Positions 51,479 through 62,600 of a stretch of DNA of 64,000 nt are shown in pieces. Below the pieces are notes generated by a model. That model was not told the origin of the DNA, searched no databases, and was given only the letters and a program-made list of their open reading frames with translations. How positions within the stretch are numbered: the stretch's first letter is position 1; every line of letters begins with the position of its first letter. The position numbers and the translations under genes are program-made. The stretch lies in assembly GCA_965200425.1 (NCBI GenBank), contig CBDAUA010000001.1, forward strand, positions 7,271-71,270. The letters are read 5' to 3'. Source of the DNA: Arenicellales bacterium (lineage in GTDB: Bacteria > Pseudomonadota > Gammaproteobacteria > Arenicellales > JAJDZL01).

Positions 51479-52702
51479 ATGAAAAAATTTACACTCGCAT
51501 TCATACTCGTCTTTGTAAGTATTCATTTGAGCGGTTGTGTTACCAATGGAGTCTCGAGCAGCAGCGCGACGCCAACAGTTGCTAATTCGGTTTTTGGTTC
51601 AAGTGAAAGTAATATACCTGAGGTTTATCAAGATGGTCGTTTGGACGTAGCCGTAGCGGTGTTTGACCCGGGGCTTCCCGAAAACGAAGATGACTATGAA
51701 AAATTGGGGATTTGGCCAGAAGTACGACGAACAGAGGCAATTCGATTCGCTGGATTGCTCAAACACGAACTCCAGGAAACCGCTGCATTTGGAGTTGTTC
51801 GGGTAACACCAGATTTGGAGGTCGCGGCCGACCTTTTTATTGTTGGCGAAATCAAGAAATCCAACGGTGAAGATGTCAACGTTGAAATCAAAGTTTACGA
51901 CGCAAGCGGGAAGCGATGGATGAAAAAATCATACAGTCATAGAGTTAAGTCAAATCACGCTGACGACAGTCGAAGAATAGAAAAGGACCTTTATCAACCA
52001 GTTTTTCAGAATATTGCTAACTCCATTGCGAATCAGTTGAAGCAAAAGAAGTCAGTTCGAATCGCAGAACTAAGAGCGATCGCCGACTTGCAATTTGCAA
52101 ACGTGTTTGTCGGAGGCACTCTTTCTCAGCATCTGAAATTGAACAATAGAATTGTTGAGTTGGTGTCGGTGCCTGCTCAAGATGACCCGATGTTCATCCG
52201 TATGCGAGCTCTAAGAATTGCTGATGGATTGTTTATGGATAAAATGCAATCCCACTATGATAATTTCGTTCAGGAAACCGAAGTTAGTTACCTATCTTGG
52301 CAGGAATTTAGTCTGGATTCCTCCAAGCAAAAACGTAAAGCGAAAGAGAAGGCAACACTACAGATGATTGGTGGTATTGCCTTGCTACTTGGCGCAGCGA
52401 AAGCTGCTGATGACCACAAAGACGACGACAGCAATGCTAAGCTAATCGCTGCAACTGCTGCTGCAGCAGGAGGCGTACGATTATTACGAAAAAGTTTTAC
52501 TTCGCGTGCAAAAGGAAAACTTCACCATCAAAACTTACTTGAGCATGGAAAAGATCTAAATTTCGAAGTTGCACGACAACTAATAAAAGTTGAAGATGAA
52601 ACTGTCGCGTTGCAGGGAAGCATCCAGCAGCAATACAAACAGTGGCAACATGTGCTAAAAAATCTCTCCGATTCGGAAACCATCCCCGATGTCCAACAAT
52701 AA
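51479..52702 (+). CDS. Putative lipoprotein of unknown function
   Basis: Signal peptide with LSGC lipobox; 407-aa ORF; AGGAG RBS. Confidence 0.8.
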   Translation: MKKFTLAFILVFVSIHLSGCVTNGVSSSSATPTVANSVFGSSESNIPEVYQDGRLDVAVAVFDPGLPENEDDYEKLGIWPEVRRTEAIRFAGLLKHELQETAAFGVVRVTPDLEVAADLFIVGEIKKSNGEDVNVEIKVYDASGKRWMKKSYSHRVKSNHADDSRRIEKDLYQPVFQNIANSIANQLKQKKSVRIAELRAIADLQFANVFVGGTLSQHLKLNNRIVELVSVPAQDDPMFIRMRALRIADGLFMDKMQSHYDNFVQETEVSYLSWQEFSLDSSKQKRKAKEKATLQMIGGIALLLGAAKAADDHKDDDSNAKLIAATAAAAGGVRLLRKSFTSRAKGKLHHQNLLEHGKDLNFEVARQLIKVEDETVALQGSIQQQYKQWQHVLKNLSDSETIPDVQQ

Positions 52703-53105
52703 ATTTTAGAATTTTAGTCCTTATGAGCTTGATCGAACCCCTAGTAATCGATTTTGACGGTAGCATGTTATCCCGAAGTGATGAAGGTTCAATTGAATTT
52801 ATTGGAGAATCCTATTGAACGTCAGCATCAAGATTTCTTAAGCTTAGTACTTCAAGTGTTCTTTTTCTCATTGCCATCAGTTAGAGGTTTGGATTGGCAG
52901 TTGTAAACTACTTGATCAACTCTCCGAATGGATATCGAGTTCACTTTTGTAATTTACTGGCTGGTTAAAGCAATTCAAACCAACTTAATCAGAAACAAAA
53001 ACATAATCCTTATGGAGAACTTCTGATTGAACTGAAAAAGGTTTTGGATTCAGGACAGATTTTGTAGCCGCGAAAATCTAGCCGATCTAATTTGCAAGAA
53101 TTTCT

Positions 53106-54446
53106 TTACTGAGGAATCGCATCGAATTCAATTCCCGCGTTTAGACCTTTCATTACATCAATTTCAGCCCAAGCCAAAGCAATCTCGTATTCGATTCTCT
53201 TTAGTTCATATAAGGAAAAAAGCAATTCCGCCTGAGCATCACCCAAGTCAGATTGCTCTTCAAGCTCGTATAACGCTCGACTCCTATCCATGTACTGATC
53301 TCTAAAGTTCGATCGCACCTGTGCTGCAGTAAGCTCTACTTCCAATAGTTTCAGTTTTTTCCACAATGTAAAAACTTGGGCCTCATATTGGTCTCGAATC
53401 GCATCTAATTCTAGCTGTACTCGTTCTATGTTTTTTTCACTTAATTTCAGCGCTCGCGACTTGCTTTTTCCCGCGATCAAAGGAATTTTCAATTGAAATC
53501 CAACAGATGAACTGTTGCGACTTCCCGTTTTAATTTCCCACGCATTTGCCTCAATGACCGCTTCTAACTTCGGAGCATAGCGTTTCTCTTCCACCTTTCG
53601 AGCATCGACTGCTGCTTGTATCTTTGATTTAGCAAAAAGCACCGCATAATCGCTCCTTGTAACTTCATTCAGTAATTCCTCAAATTCAGGAATCGGCCGT
53701 TCAACGTAACTGCTGACATCAGGATCCACCAAATCACGAGGTATGGTGTTAAATAGACCAAGAGCCCGTCCCAAATCTCTGCGACTACTGATTTGATCTA
53801 AAGACGCTTCTTCACGTACATGAAATCGCTCGCGATAAGTGGTTTCTAACGCGAGGACATCTACTTCTGCGTGTGCTTCGTACATTTCCATTTCTTCGAG
53901 ATGTCGGTTGTAACGCAAAAAAGCCAACGTCATTTTTTCATTCTTCACTGCATAGTCGAGATCTGCAAGTAGTACCGTGAAAAATTTTTGCATGATTTCC
54001 AAACGACGCAACCTATGTTGGTGAGCTAGTGCTCGTTCTGCTTGACTTAATCGAGTTTGTGCTAGATCCTTCGAAGCCTGAGAAAATCCAAAATCGTAAA
54101 TGGGATAGATTAACTCCAAATTTAAATTACTATCATTAGAGAATTGAGATCCTTCGGACGAAGCCCTGTCAACAGATTGTGGTGTAATCGTGGCATTTAG
54201 TCGTAAACCTGCACCGGAATCAAAATAATCACGATTTATTCGCGCTGTTTCCACATCCAGTTCACGGTGACGAACTGAATGATTGGGTTTGTCCGCGTAC
54301 GCGAGTGCTTCGGACAGTGTTAGTGGGTTTTTGGGAAGAATAGAATCGACAACAGTAGCGATAGAAGACGCGTCAACAGAAACCAAAATAAAGTTAGCCG
54401 CAAAAACACAAACAATTGCTATTGACAAATTTCTTCTAAAGCTCAT
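53106..54446 (-). CDS. TolC-family outer membrane protein
   Basis: PLTLSEALAYA, IYPIYDFG and FQLKIPL; helical repeats. Confidence 0.85.
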   Translation of the reverse strand: MSFRRNLSIAIVCVFAANFILVSVDASSIATVVDSILPKNPLTLSEALAYADKPNHSVRHRELDVETARINRDYFDSGAGLRLNATITPQSVDRASSEGSQFSNDSNLNLELIYPIYDFGFSQASKDLAQTRLSQAERALAHQHRLRRLEIMQKFFTVLLADLDYAVKNEKMTLAFLRYNRHLEEMEMYEAHAEVDVLALETTYRERFHVREEASLDQISSRRDLGRALGLFNTIPRDLVDPDVSSYVERPIPEFEELLNEVTRSDYAVLFAKSKIQAAVDARKVEEKRYAPKLEAVIEANAWEIKTGSRNSSSVGFQLKIPLIAGKSKSRALKLSEKNIERVQLELDAIRDQYEAQVFTLWKKLKLLEVELTAAQVRSNFRDQYMDRSRALYELEEQSDLGDAQAELLFSLYELKRIEYEIALAWAEIDVMKGLNAGIEFDAIPQ

Positions 54447-54479
54447 TGAACTGGCACAAATCGACGATTCTCATCAGCT

Positions 54480-55058
54480 CTATTCGCTACTCGCCGATTG
54501 CCTTATGCTACGTTTGTACTTAACAAAATTGGTTTTTTTGTAGTGCTGTTCGACTACAAATTTCCCAAGCAACATGAACTCCTCGGCATCCTTGGTTGCT
54601 CCTGTGTAACGCATTACACGATTTCCCTCTAGATCCAAGAACAAAAATACTGGCGTTGCTCTAACTCGATTGTGTCGTAGCGCAAAATCCTTTTCGGGTA
54701 TATCCTGTCCGTCAAAATCGACAATCAAATTGTCCCCCTCGACATTCATCATCAGCACTCGAAAGTGCTTCCGATAGTAGTCCTGTACCTCTGACTGATT
54801 AAATACCATCTCCTTCATCCGCTCACACCATGGACAATCGTTCAATTCAAACATCACCATGATATTGCTCTGACCTTCTTCGATAGCTAACTCAACCTCT
54901 TCTTGCAGGTCACCAAAGCTTTGATGAAAGAAATATTCATCCGGATCCCTTATTTCGGCAAGAGCCATGGTCACACCTAGGCAAAATGCAATGATCACCG
55001 CGAATGAAAATCTTTTGGCTAAATGCAGCATCTTCTGAAGTTGGCTGGATATATTCAT
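54480..55058 (-). CDS. soxW: SoxW-like thioredoxin
   Basis: CPWC active site and VRATPVFLF cis-Pro loop; follows soxB; start moved to ATG 55058. Confidence 0.75.
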   Translation of the reverse strand: MNISSQLQKMLHLAKRFSFAVIIAFCLGVTMALAEIRDPDEYFFHQSFGDLQEEVELAIEEGQSNIMVMFELNDCPWCERMKEMVFNQSEVQDYYRKHFRVLMMNVEGDNLIVDFDGQDIPEKDFALRHNRVRATPVFLFLDLEGNRVMRYTGATKDAEEFMLLGKFVVEQHYKKTNFVKYKRSIRQSASSE

Positions 55059-55068
55059 CGCTAAATCC

Positions 55069-56814
55069 CTAAGGACTCCAAGCTCCGATACCTGGATTGC
55101 CATCCTTTATCTTTATAAGGGGTTGATTGGTACTGTCGATTCGTATCGTTTGCTTTTTACGCAAATACTCCGCAACGACTTCCCATACTGGTGGTCCTGG
55201 AGAAACTTCACCGACTGTAGCCCAACCTGACACCATGTAGTTCTTATATGCCAATATTGGATCTCCATTTTCCAATCGAAGATCAGAAATACGATTGCCG
55301 ATTGTTTCAGTTGGATCGATGCTATATGTCAACCCCGACACCCGAACCATATCGCCGCCTTGTTGGTAAAACGGATCAGAATTAAATGAGTTATCCGCCA
55401 CATCTTCTAGTATGAGCTTCAAGGTTTCTCCATTCATCTCTCGCACATAAGTTTCGGGATAAGTCATGGCGGTTTGAGCAAGAACATCTTCCATCGTTAT
55501 GGTTTGGCCTGGAATAACTGAAGTTCCCCAGCGAAAACCGGGAGACAGTGCAACTTCAGACCCCAAAACACTGCGTAACGCATCCCCAATGATCTCGTCA
55601 AATGTTCCGTTGAAGTTGCCTCGCCTAAATAGCAAGGATTCCGTCATCGAAAGTTCTTCATCCAATACATCCGAGTATGGCTGTCTTGATCGTTCTATAA
55701 ACTGTTGCATCTCGACATCAGGATCCAAATAATTCCCAAAAACCGGCAACAGCTGATAACGAAATTCACTCGCTCCAGCAGCTCCAAACTTGAGATCAAG
55801 CACTCCTACAAATTTTCCGTTGGACCCAGCGTTTGTGACCAGAGTCATACCAGCAGAATTCTGAACGTGAACAGGAGTGGGTATCGCGTCATGGGTATGT
55901 CCACCCAATATGGCATCGATACCGGTAACCAAACTGGCTAGTTTCAGATCTACATCCATACCGTTGTGAGACAACAAGATCAACGCATCCGGGCTCTCAT
56001 TTGCCCGAATCTGGTTCACCAATTCCTGTAGCTCATCCATTCGTATACCGAACGACCAATCTGGAATATTTCTTCTTGGATTAGAGATAGGGGTGTACGG
56101 AAACGATTGCCCAATGATCGCGACATCAAATCCACCGAGTGTTTTGATGGTATACGGCTGAAATACGTGACCTGTAAAGTCGTCGAATGCAGGTTTTTCT
56201 TCGAACAGGGCATCTTCAGTCAAGAATATGTTTTGGGCAAGAAATTCTCCCGAAAACGCTTCTAGATTTGCTCGTAGTTCGGCGGCTTGATAAGTAAATT
56301 CCCAGTGACCAGTGGCGACGTCAACTCCAAGAATATTGTTGGCTTGGACCATCTCCATACCGCGCGTCCACAGCGCAGTGCCAGTACCTTGCCAGCTATC
56401 ACCACCATCAAGCAAAATGGTTCGTTCTTCACCAAAACTTTGCCTTAGCTGATCAACCAATGTCTTGATATAGGCATACCCACCGACTTTTCCAAACTTT
56501 CTGGCTAGCTCTGAAAAATTAGAATAGGTAAACGCGTATGCTTTTGGCGAAGCATTCGCAATCCCATAATTTTTCAAGAATGCATCGCCCACAATATGGG
56601 GTGGCTTACCCCATGCATCATTAACACCAATATTGACATGGGGCTCTCGGTAATAGACTGGATTCAGTTGGGCATGGCTATCTGTTATGTGCAGAAGACG
56701 AACATCTCCAAAAGAAGGAATATCGTAAAAATTGGTACCCGCAGTCGAAACTGCGGGTATGATTCCGGCTGCACTTGCTACTGCAAGTGTTTGTATGAAC
56801 TCACGACGGTCCAT
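55069..56814 (-). CDS. soxB: Thiosulfohydrolase SoxB
   Basis: Tat leader MDRREF; HITDSHAQL, DGGDSWQG, GHWEFT, LSHNGMDVD and GGHTHD. Confidence 0.96.
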   Translation of the reverse strand: MDRREFIQTLAVASAAGIIPAVSTAGTNFYDIPSFGDVRLLHITDSHAQLNPVYYREPHVNIGVNDAWGKPPHIVGDAFLKNYGIANASPKAYAFTYSNFSELARKFGKVGGYAYIKTLVDQLRQSFGEERTILLDGGDSWQGTGTALWTRGMEMVQANNILGVDVATGHWEFTYQAAELRANLEAFSGEFLAQNIFLTEDALFEEKPAFDDFTGHVFQPYTIKTLGGFDVAIIGQSFPYTPISNPRRNIPDWSFGIRMDELQELVNQIRANESPDALILLSHNGMDVDLKLASLVTGIDAILGGHTHDAIPTPVHVQNSAGMTLVTNAGSNGKFVGVLDLKFGAAGASEFRYQLLPVFGNYLDPDVEMQQFIERSRQPYSDVLDEELSMTESLLFRRGNFNGTFDEIIGDALRSVLGSEVALSPGFRWGTSVIPGQTITMEDVLAQTAMTYPETYVREMNGETLKLILEDVADNSFNSDPFYQQGGDMVRVSGLTYSIDPTETIGNRISDLRLENGDPILAYKNYMVSGWATVGEVSPGPPVWEVVAEYLRKKQTIRIDSTNQPLIKIKDGNPGIGAWSP

Positions 56815-56909
56815 TGCTACCAAACACAGTATCGCGAGCTAGTTGTTCGCAACGGATAAGTCAATGCTCTCGCATTTGAGAACTAAGTTAAATTTAATTT
56901 GGCTTCGAT

Positions 56910-57248
56910 CTATCGAATGACTCGACCTTCCCATAGCTTTTGTTCTCGGTTCGCTTGAACAATTGCTGCTTCACTTTGAAATTTTGCTTCGGCAACCAAT
57001 TTCATGGCTTTTTCTTGATCACCAGTCTGCGCAGCCTCGGCAGCTTGCTTTAAAAGCTTTCTAATATCTCGCCATTCATGGCCGAGTTTACCTGACTGTT
57101 TTCGGAGTTCATTAGCTTCTTTGTATGCTTCGTTGAATGCTAATGCGAAATCCGAAGAAGTTGCTTGAGAAACTGATGCCATTGCGAAAAACAAAGAAAA
57201 ACACACAATGAACAAGAACCCAAAGTGCCGAATAGTTGTCAATTTCAT
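56910..57248 (-). CDS. soxK: SoxXA-binding protein
   Basis: Exported helical protein with EWRDIRKLLKQA, located between soxA and soxB. Confidence 0.8.
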   Translation of the reverse strand: MKLTTIRHFGFLFIVCFSLFFAMASVSQATSSDFALAFNEAYKEANELRKQSGKLGHEWRDIRKLLKQAAEAAQTGDQEKAMKLVAEAKFQSEAAIVQANREQKLWEGRVIR

Positions 57249-57266
57249 GCTCTTTCCCCTGTTCAG

Positions 57267-58103
57267 TTACTTACGGACACCAGGCCCGTTGAATTTCAAT
57301 CCATTGCTCATATAAGTCAAAAAGTACTCAAGATTCCGATACTCTGGCCCCTGGGGTTTAAACGCTTTTGCGCGCACCTGCTGATTGCAACCACTAATTC
57401 GACGATGCAATGTACCGATTGCGCCCCATTTCAAACGATAAACTGGGAAATGACTAGTGTGTCCCAATGCTGGACTGAGCTGTTCAGTACGGAGATACCC
57501 ACCGGAGCCACCAACGTGACAGTCAGCACAAGCAAAATTAAGTTGGCCGCGCTTAGTGTAATAGAACCGTTTACCCGCTTCATAAGCCGCCAGAGCTCTC
57601 GGATCATCGGGAATCACCACATTGATGGTTTCACCACGAGAGGTGAACGCCATATAAGCGGAGATTGCGGCAATGTCTCCAGACTTATATTTCAGAGGTT
57701 TTTCACCATTTGCCTCTCTACACTCGTTTATCGCTAGTTCTAAGGTGATGACTTGACCTCGATCTAAATCAAAATGTGGATAATTCTGGCGAATACCAAT
57801 CCCACCGTTTTCAAAACAATCCGCATATGACTTGCCATTAGCAAACGGAGTTTCAAATGCGATCTGACCTCGCTCAAGTGCTAACTCATAAGGTGCAAAT
57901 TCCTCAAGATCATTCCATTGCTCCCGTGCGGACTCATTAATTGAATAGATTCCATTGATGAAGTCTTCCTTGGGGGTATCCGAAAATTTGGTCAGATAAT
58001 AATTTTGAAATGCCATACGATCTTCTTCTGGTGTTGCAAAAGACAGAATTGATATTCCGGCCAATACACATCCAATGAGTACAGATAGCGACAATCTCTT
58101 CAT
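57267..58103 (-). CDS. soxA: SoxA cytochrome c (mono-haem, type III-like)
   Basis: KRGQLNFACADCH, FPVYRLKW and GCNQQVRA; first haem site degenerate (SYADCF). Confidence 0.95.
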   Translation of the reverse strand: MKRLSLSVLIGCVLAGISILSFATPEEDRMAFQNYYLTKFSDTPKEDFINGIYSINESAREQWNDLEEFAPYELALERGQIAFETPFANGKSYADCFENGGIGIRQNYPHFDLDRGQVITLELAINECREANGEKPLKYKSGDIAAISAYMAFTSRGETINVVIPDDPRALAAYEAGKRFYYTKRGQLNFACADCHVGGSGGYLRTEQLSPALGHTSHFPVYRLKWGAIGTLHRRISGCNQQVRAKAFKPQGPEYRNLEYFLTYMSNGLKFNGPGVRK

Positions 58104-58146
58104 ACGATTAAACTCTCCTCGATTAACTCTGTCAGCAATGTAATTG

Positions 58147-58458
58147 CTATTTGATCACGTATTCTTTCTCGCCCGATTCACCCATGTTGTCAGACCAACG
58201 AAGAACAATTGCATCACCGGCTTTTGGTCCCACTAATTTAAAGGATAAATACGGATCCTTTGAAATAGCCGGTCCCCAATGTGATCGCAACAATTCTTGA
58301 CCCTGCCAATGGCATGTCACAGCTTCCACATAATGCGCGGGGATTGGCTTGCCAGTTTTCCTGTCTTTTCGTTGACCAGTTTCCATCGGGTGTTTGATCA
58401 ACATTTTGACTTCGACTCTATTGTCGCTAGTGACTCTCGCTTTTGCTTTCATAGCCAT
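58147..58458 (-). CDS. soxZ: SoxZ
   Basis: HPMETGQRKD, IPAHY, ISKDPYLSF and WSDNMG. Confidence 0.96.
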   Translation of the reverse strand: MAMKAKARVTSDNRVEVKMLIKHPMETGQRKDRKTGKPIPAHYVEAVTCHWQGQELLRSHWGPAISKDPYLSFKLVGPKAGDAIVLRWSDNMGESGEKEYVIK

Positions 58459-58482
58459 AATTTAATTCCTCATCAATTCGTT

Positions 58483-58959
58483 TTAACCACCGCATCCACC
58501 GATGGTTACTTTAACTTCTTTCACTCCTCGAAGTACTTGACCATTGGAACGAACCAAAGCAATCACATCCGATGTCTTACCCATCTTTATTCGTACCGAA
58601 ATTTCTGGTGAAACTGATGAGTTCAAGTCAAATGCAGCGACCATTGGCGCTGGATTTTCCGGCACGAGAATAGCAATAGATTCGACAGATTCGGTTTTTG
58701 CTGTTACTTTGATCGGCACGACTGCGCCATTTTCAGCAATATCCGGTCCTTTAACGGTAATCATTTCACTGTCTTCAATACCGTCCTCTCCAAATAAAGC
58801 TTTCAATGTGCTATCTACATCTTCGGAGTCGAATGCCATTTGAGGCCGCGCTGCATGGGCCATATTTCCTAACATTCCCCATGATGCCGCGAGTCCTACT
58901 AAACTAGACGCAAGAGCTCCTTTTAATACTGTACGCCTGCGTTGTTGAAATTTATCCAT
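58483..58959 (-). CDS. soxY: SoxY sulfur carrier
   Basis: Tat leader, PDIAENGAVVP and C-terminal VKVTIGGCGG. Confidence 0.97.
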   Translation of the reverse strand: MDKFQQRRRTVLKGALASSLVGLAASWGMLGNMAHAARPQMAFDSEDVDSTLKALFGEDGIEDSEMITVKGPDIAENGAVVPIKVTAKTESVESIAILVPENPAPMVAAFDLNSSVSPEISVRIKMGKTSDVIALVRSNGQVLRGVKEVKVTIGGCGG

Positions 58960-58970
58960 AAGAGCACCTC

Positions 58971-59345
58971 TTACAACGTGTAAATATATTCAGTGATTTT
59001 ATCAATTTCCTCGGAAGTTAAAATACCATGTCTTCCGAATGGAGGCATCATCGTGTTTGGATTGGATGCTGTTGAGTCGTAGATGATTGCCCTCATTTTG
59101 GCCTTATCCGGAAATCTTTGTTTCATAAAGATCAGTGGCGGACCATGGCTACCAGGAAATTCTCCACCCTCAATAAAGTGACAAGTCAAACAATTCCCTT
59201 TTTTTCGGTCTTCCGTCAGCTCTTTTCCTTCCGCAATAACATCGGCAGAACTATCAGCGTGACTAGTTCCAGGATGAACAGTTGAGAACCATACTACGAC
59301 AAAAAACAAACAGATTCCTAAAGATGTGCTAATTTTTGAAATCAT
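58971..59345 (-). CDS. soxX: SoxX cytochrome c
   Basis: KKGNCLTCH, GPPL and NPNTMMPPFG. Confidence 0.96.
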   Translation of the reverse strand: MISKISTSLGICLFFVVVWFSTVHPGTSHADSSADVIAEGKELTEDRKKGNCLTCHFIEGGEFPGSHGPPLIFMKQRFPDKAKMRAIIYDSTASNPNTMMPPFGRHGILTSEEIDKITEYIYTL

Positions 59346-59640
59346 TTTGACCTCTCAAAACGAATTTATAGATAAATTGTACCTATTTATGCCCCAGTTT
59401 GAAGTTTATACTACTTGGTAAATCGAACAAAAACTAAGCAATCATTCCAATCGCTTATAAGTCAGACAGGTTTTTTGAAAGATCGTTCTACCCACGGGTA
59501 CTTATCACTAGTCATTTCAAATTCTAGCCCGAGGCAATATGGACTACGCACTAGTGACTGCTTCAAACCGCGAAGTATAGAAAAACTAAGCCGTTTAAGT
59601 CAAATTATTTTATCAGCCATTTCGATCGAAAGGTGACTCA

Positions 59641-62600
59641 TTGAGTCTTGTTCGGGTTTCTTCCTACTGTCCTATAGCCATTGTCGGCTTAGCCTGCCGA
59701 TTTCCCGGTGGTGTCGAAAGCCCAGATCAATTCTGGAACAATATTCGTTCTAAGGATGAGCAAGTTGAGCCCATTCCAAAGGAGCTTTTCAACGGTCAAC
59801 CATTGTTACCAGATACAACAAATGGCGAATATGCAAAGGTAGGTTGCTTCATTCACGATATCACTAGATTTGATGCTGCCTTCTTTGGCCTTTCTCCGAG
59901 AGAGGCGACTGACATGGATCCTCAACAGCGGATGTTGCTCGAATTGGCGTGGTTGTGCATGGAAGATGCTGCGGTCACCCCCGAACAACTGGCAGAGCTC
60001 GAAACAGGTGTGTATGTAGGTGTTATCAATCACGATTATGAGAGGCTCATTCTCTCCAATCCATCTAACATCTCCGCATACACAGGACTAGGGCGCTCCA
60101 CCAGTATCGCAGCGAACCGTATTTCATATTGCTTCAATTTTTCTGGCCCCAGTATAACAATCGACACGGCGTGCTCTTCGTCACTGACCGCGGTAGACTC
60201 CGCCTGTAAAGCATTGGCGTCTTCGGAAATTGACGTAGCCTTCGCTGGTGGTGCAAACGCAATCTTATCATTGGAAAGCTACATCGAGTTCTCGCAAGCC
60301 ACCATGCTCAGTAAGTCTGGCAAATGTCATGCATTTGATGCCAAAGCAGATGGTTTTGTTCGAGCGGAAGGTGCAGGTCTAATTTTGCTCAAGCGATTGG
60401 CGGATGCACTTGCGGACGGCGATCGAATCCATGCCACGATTTTGGCAACGATAGTCAATCAAGATGGCAAAACGAGTGGAATCATGGCACCGAGTGTGCA
60501 AGCTCAAAGCAAGATGATTTTAGAATGCATGGCCAGCTGTGGTTTATCCCCAGAACAAATTGGGTACGTAGAAGCCCATGGCACTGGAACTCAGCTTGGA
60601 GATACGATCGAAGCAAGATCAATTGGTCAAACCTATGGAAATTCCACGACCTTGAAAAAATTGCCAATTGGTTCTGTGAAAACGAATATCGGGCACACAG
60701 AATCAGCAGCGGGAATCGCCGGATTGATCAAAACTGTACTTTCAATAAAGCATCGAGAAATACCGCCGAATCTCAATTTTGTTCATCCTAATCCTGCAAT
60801 TGATTTTGAAAATCTCGGAATTCGGGTTCCCGTTGAAGTTGAACCCTGGCGCAACTCGGGTGGCGAACCACTTATCGCGGCTGTCAATTCTTTTGGCTTT
60901 GGTGGTACGAACGCGCATGCAATCCTTCGTCAAGCACCCAAGTCCTGGAATATTCGCTCAGAAGGGCATAAGAAACCGCTTGTTCTTCCACTAACCGGCC
61001 CTACATCTGATGCAGTCACTGAATTGCAAAGCACTGCGATTAAATTAACCGATGCCAACTCAGCATGTCACACACTCGGCCGTAGACCTCGATCTACAAT
61101 TCGGCAAGCCTGCGTTTTGTCGGGCCAACAAATCATAAGCGCTCTAAGAGTATCAGACGACAAAAACTTTTTACAAGTCGAAAGTCCATCAGAACAGCTG
61201 AGATTCCCAATAGCATTTGTATTCAATGGGATAGGCAGCAATTGGCTTTCAAATGAAGGGGGGCTGTACGCCAGCGAACCTGAATTTCGTTCGGTGATCG
61301 ATCTCTGTGATTCTCTGTTCCAATCGATTTCCCCCTCATTCGCAATCCGGTCTTTCTTCACGAAAAAAGCTCTATCAAGACAACCAAGTGTCGAACTCTC
61401 ACATGCAGTTCACTTCTCATTGCAAATCGGATTGACTGAATTATGGAAGTCGTGGGGTATTCAACCACAAGCCGTCGTTGGACATAGTGTGGGGGAAATT
61501 GCTGCAGCGTACGCTGCTGGATGTATTGATTTATGCAAAGCTGTCAAGATTGTAGCCTTAAGGGCAAGAGCTTTACAAAAGCTATGCGGTTCCGGTTTGA
61601 TGTTGGCAGCCTCCATTTCCCCGCAAATAGCACAAAGCTACATTGAAGATGGCAATGATGAACTTTTTATCGCAGCCATCAACAGTCCATCTTCAATTAC
61701 ATTTTCGGGCACCTCGACTGCGATTCGGTTACTCGAAATTGAACTTAAGAAAAAGGGCGTGTTTTGTCGAGAACTCGAACTTCCTGTTCCTTTCCATAGC
61801 CCACTGATTGATCAGTGTAGTACCGAAGTTCGAGCCTCCATTGACGAATTGTCAATTGCACGCATGGATTGCCGCTGGTTTTCTTCGCTCAACGGACTTG
61901 AAATTCAAAACCAAACAAAGGACATTGATTTCTGGTGGAGGAACTTTCGCTCACCGGTTCGATTTGAGGACGCGTTGAATAATTGTTTGGCGGAAAGTTT
62001 TCGGGTGTTTGTAGAGATCGGACCACACCCCTACCTTGGACTTAATATCAGTGAGTGTCTACAAAAGAAAAATTTGGTGGGTCACGTCGTTGGCTGCTTG
62101 AAAAAAAACGAGAACGACGATCAGACTATTCGCTCAGCAGCTGCGACTTTGTTTAACTTGGGATGCAATATCAACTGGGAAAGAATAAACCCCAAGTCAA
62201 GCGTTTGCGATCTACCCAAAACAAAATTCAATCGAAAAAGATTTTGGCTACACAACGATATACATTGCGCTTCAATTGCCCCAGAATTGAATCTGCCTGT
62301 TATCAACTCTCAACCGATTACCAAGACTGGTGAACCAAATCTTCATGTTTGGGATATTCCACTAATTGTCCGAGATTGGCCATGGTTAAACAAACATCGT
62401 CTCTACGGTGAAACGATTTTTCCGGCAGCCGGATATATCGAAACTGTACTCGAGTCAGCTAAGCATCGATTTGGTGACAAAGCACTCGAAATAAATTCGA
62501 TGGAATTTATAAAACTTCTCCAGCTAGACCAGTCCAGCAAAGAATATTCAATTTCGCTTTGTTTGGAAGTCGCCGACGACCAAAAATCTGAATTGATACG

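Noticed and set aside
59806-62306. Small ORFs listed in the last 4 kb
   Set aside because: All overlap the long PKS frame starting at 59641.
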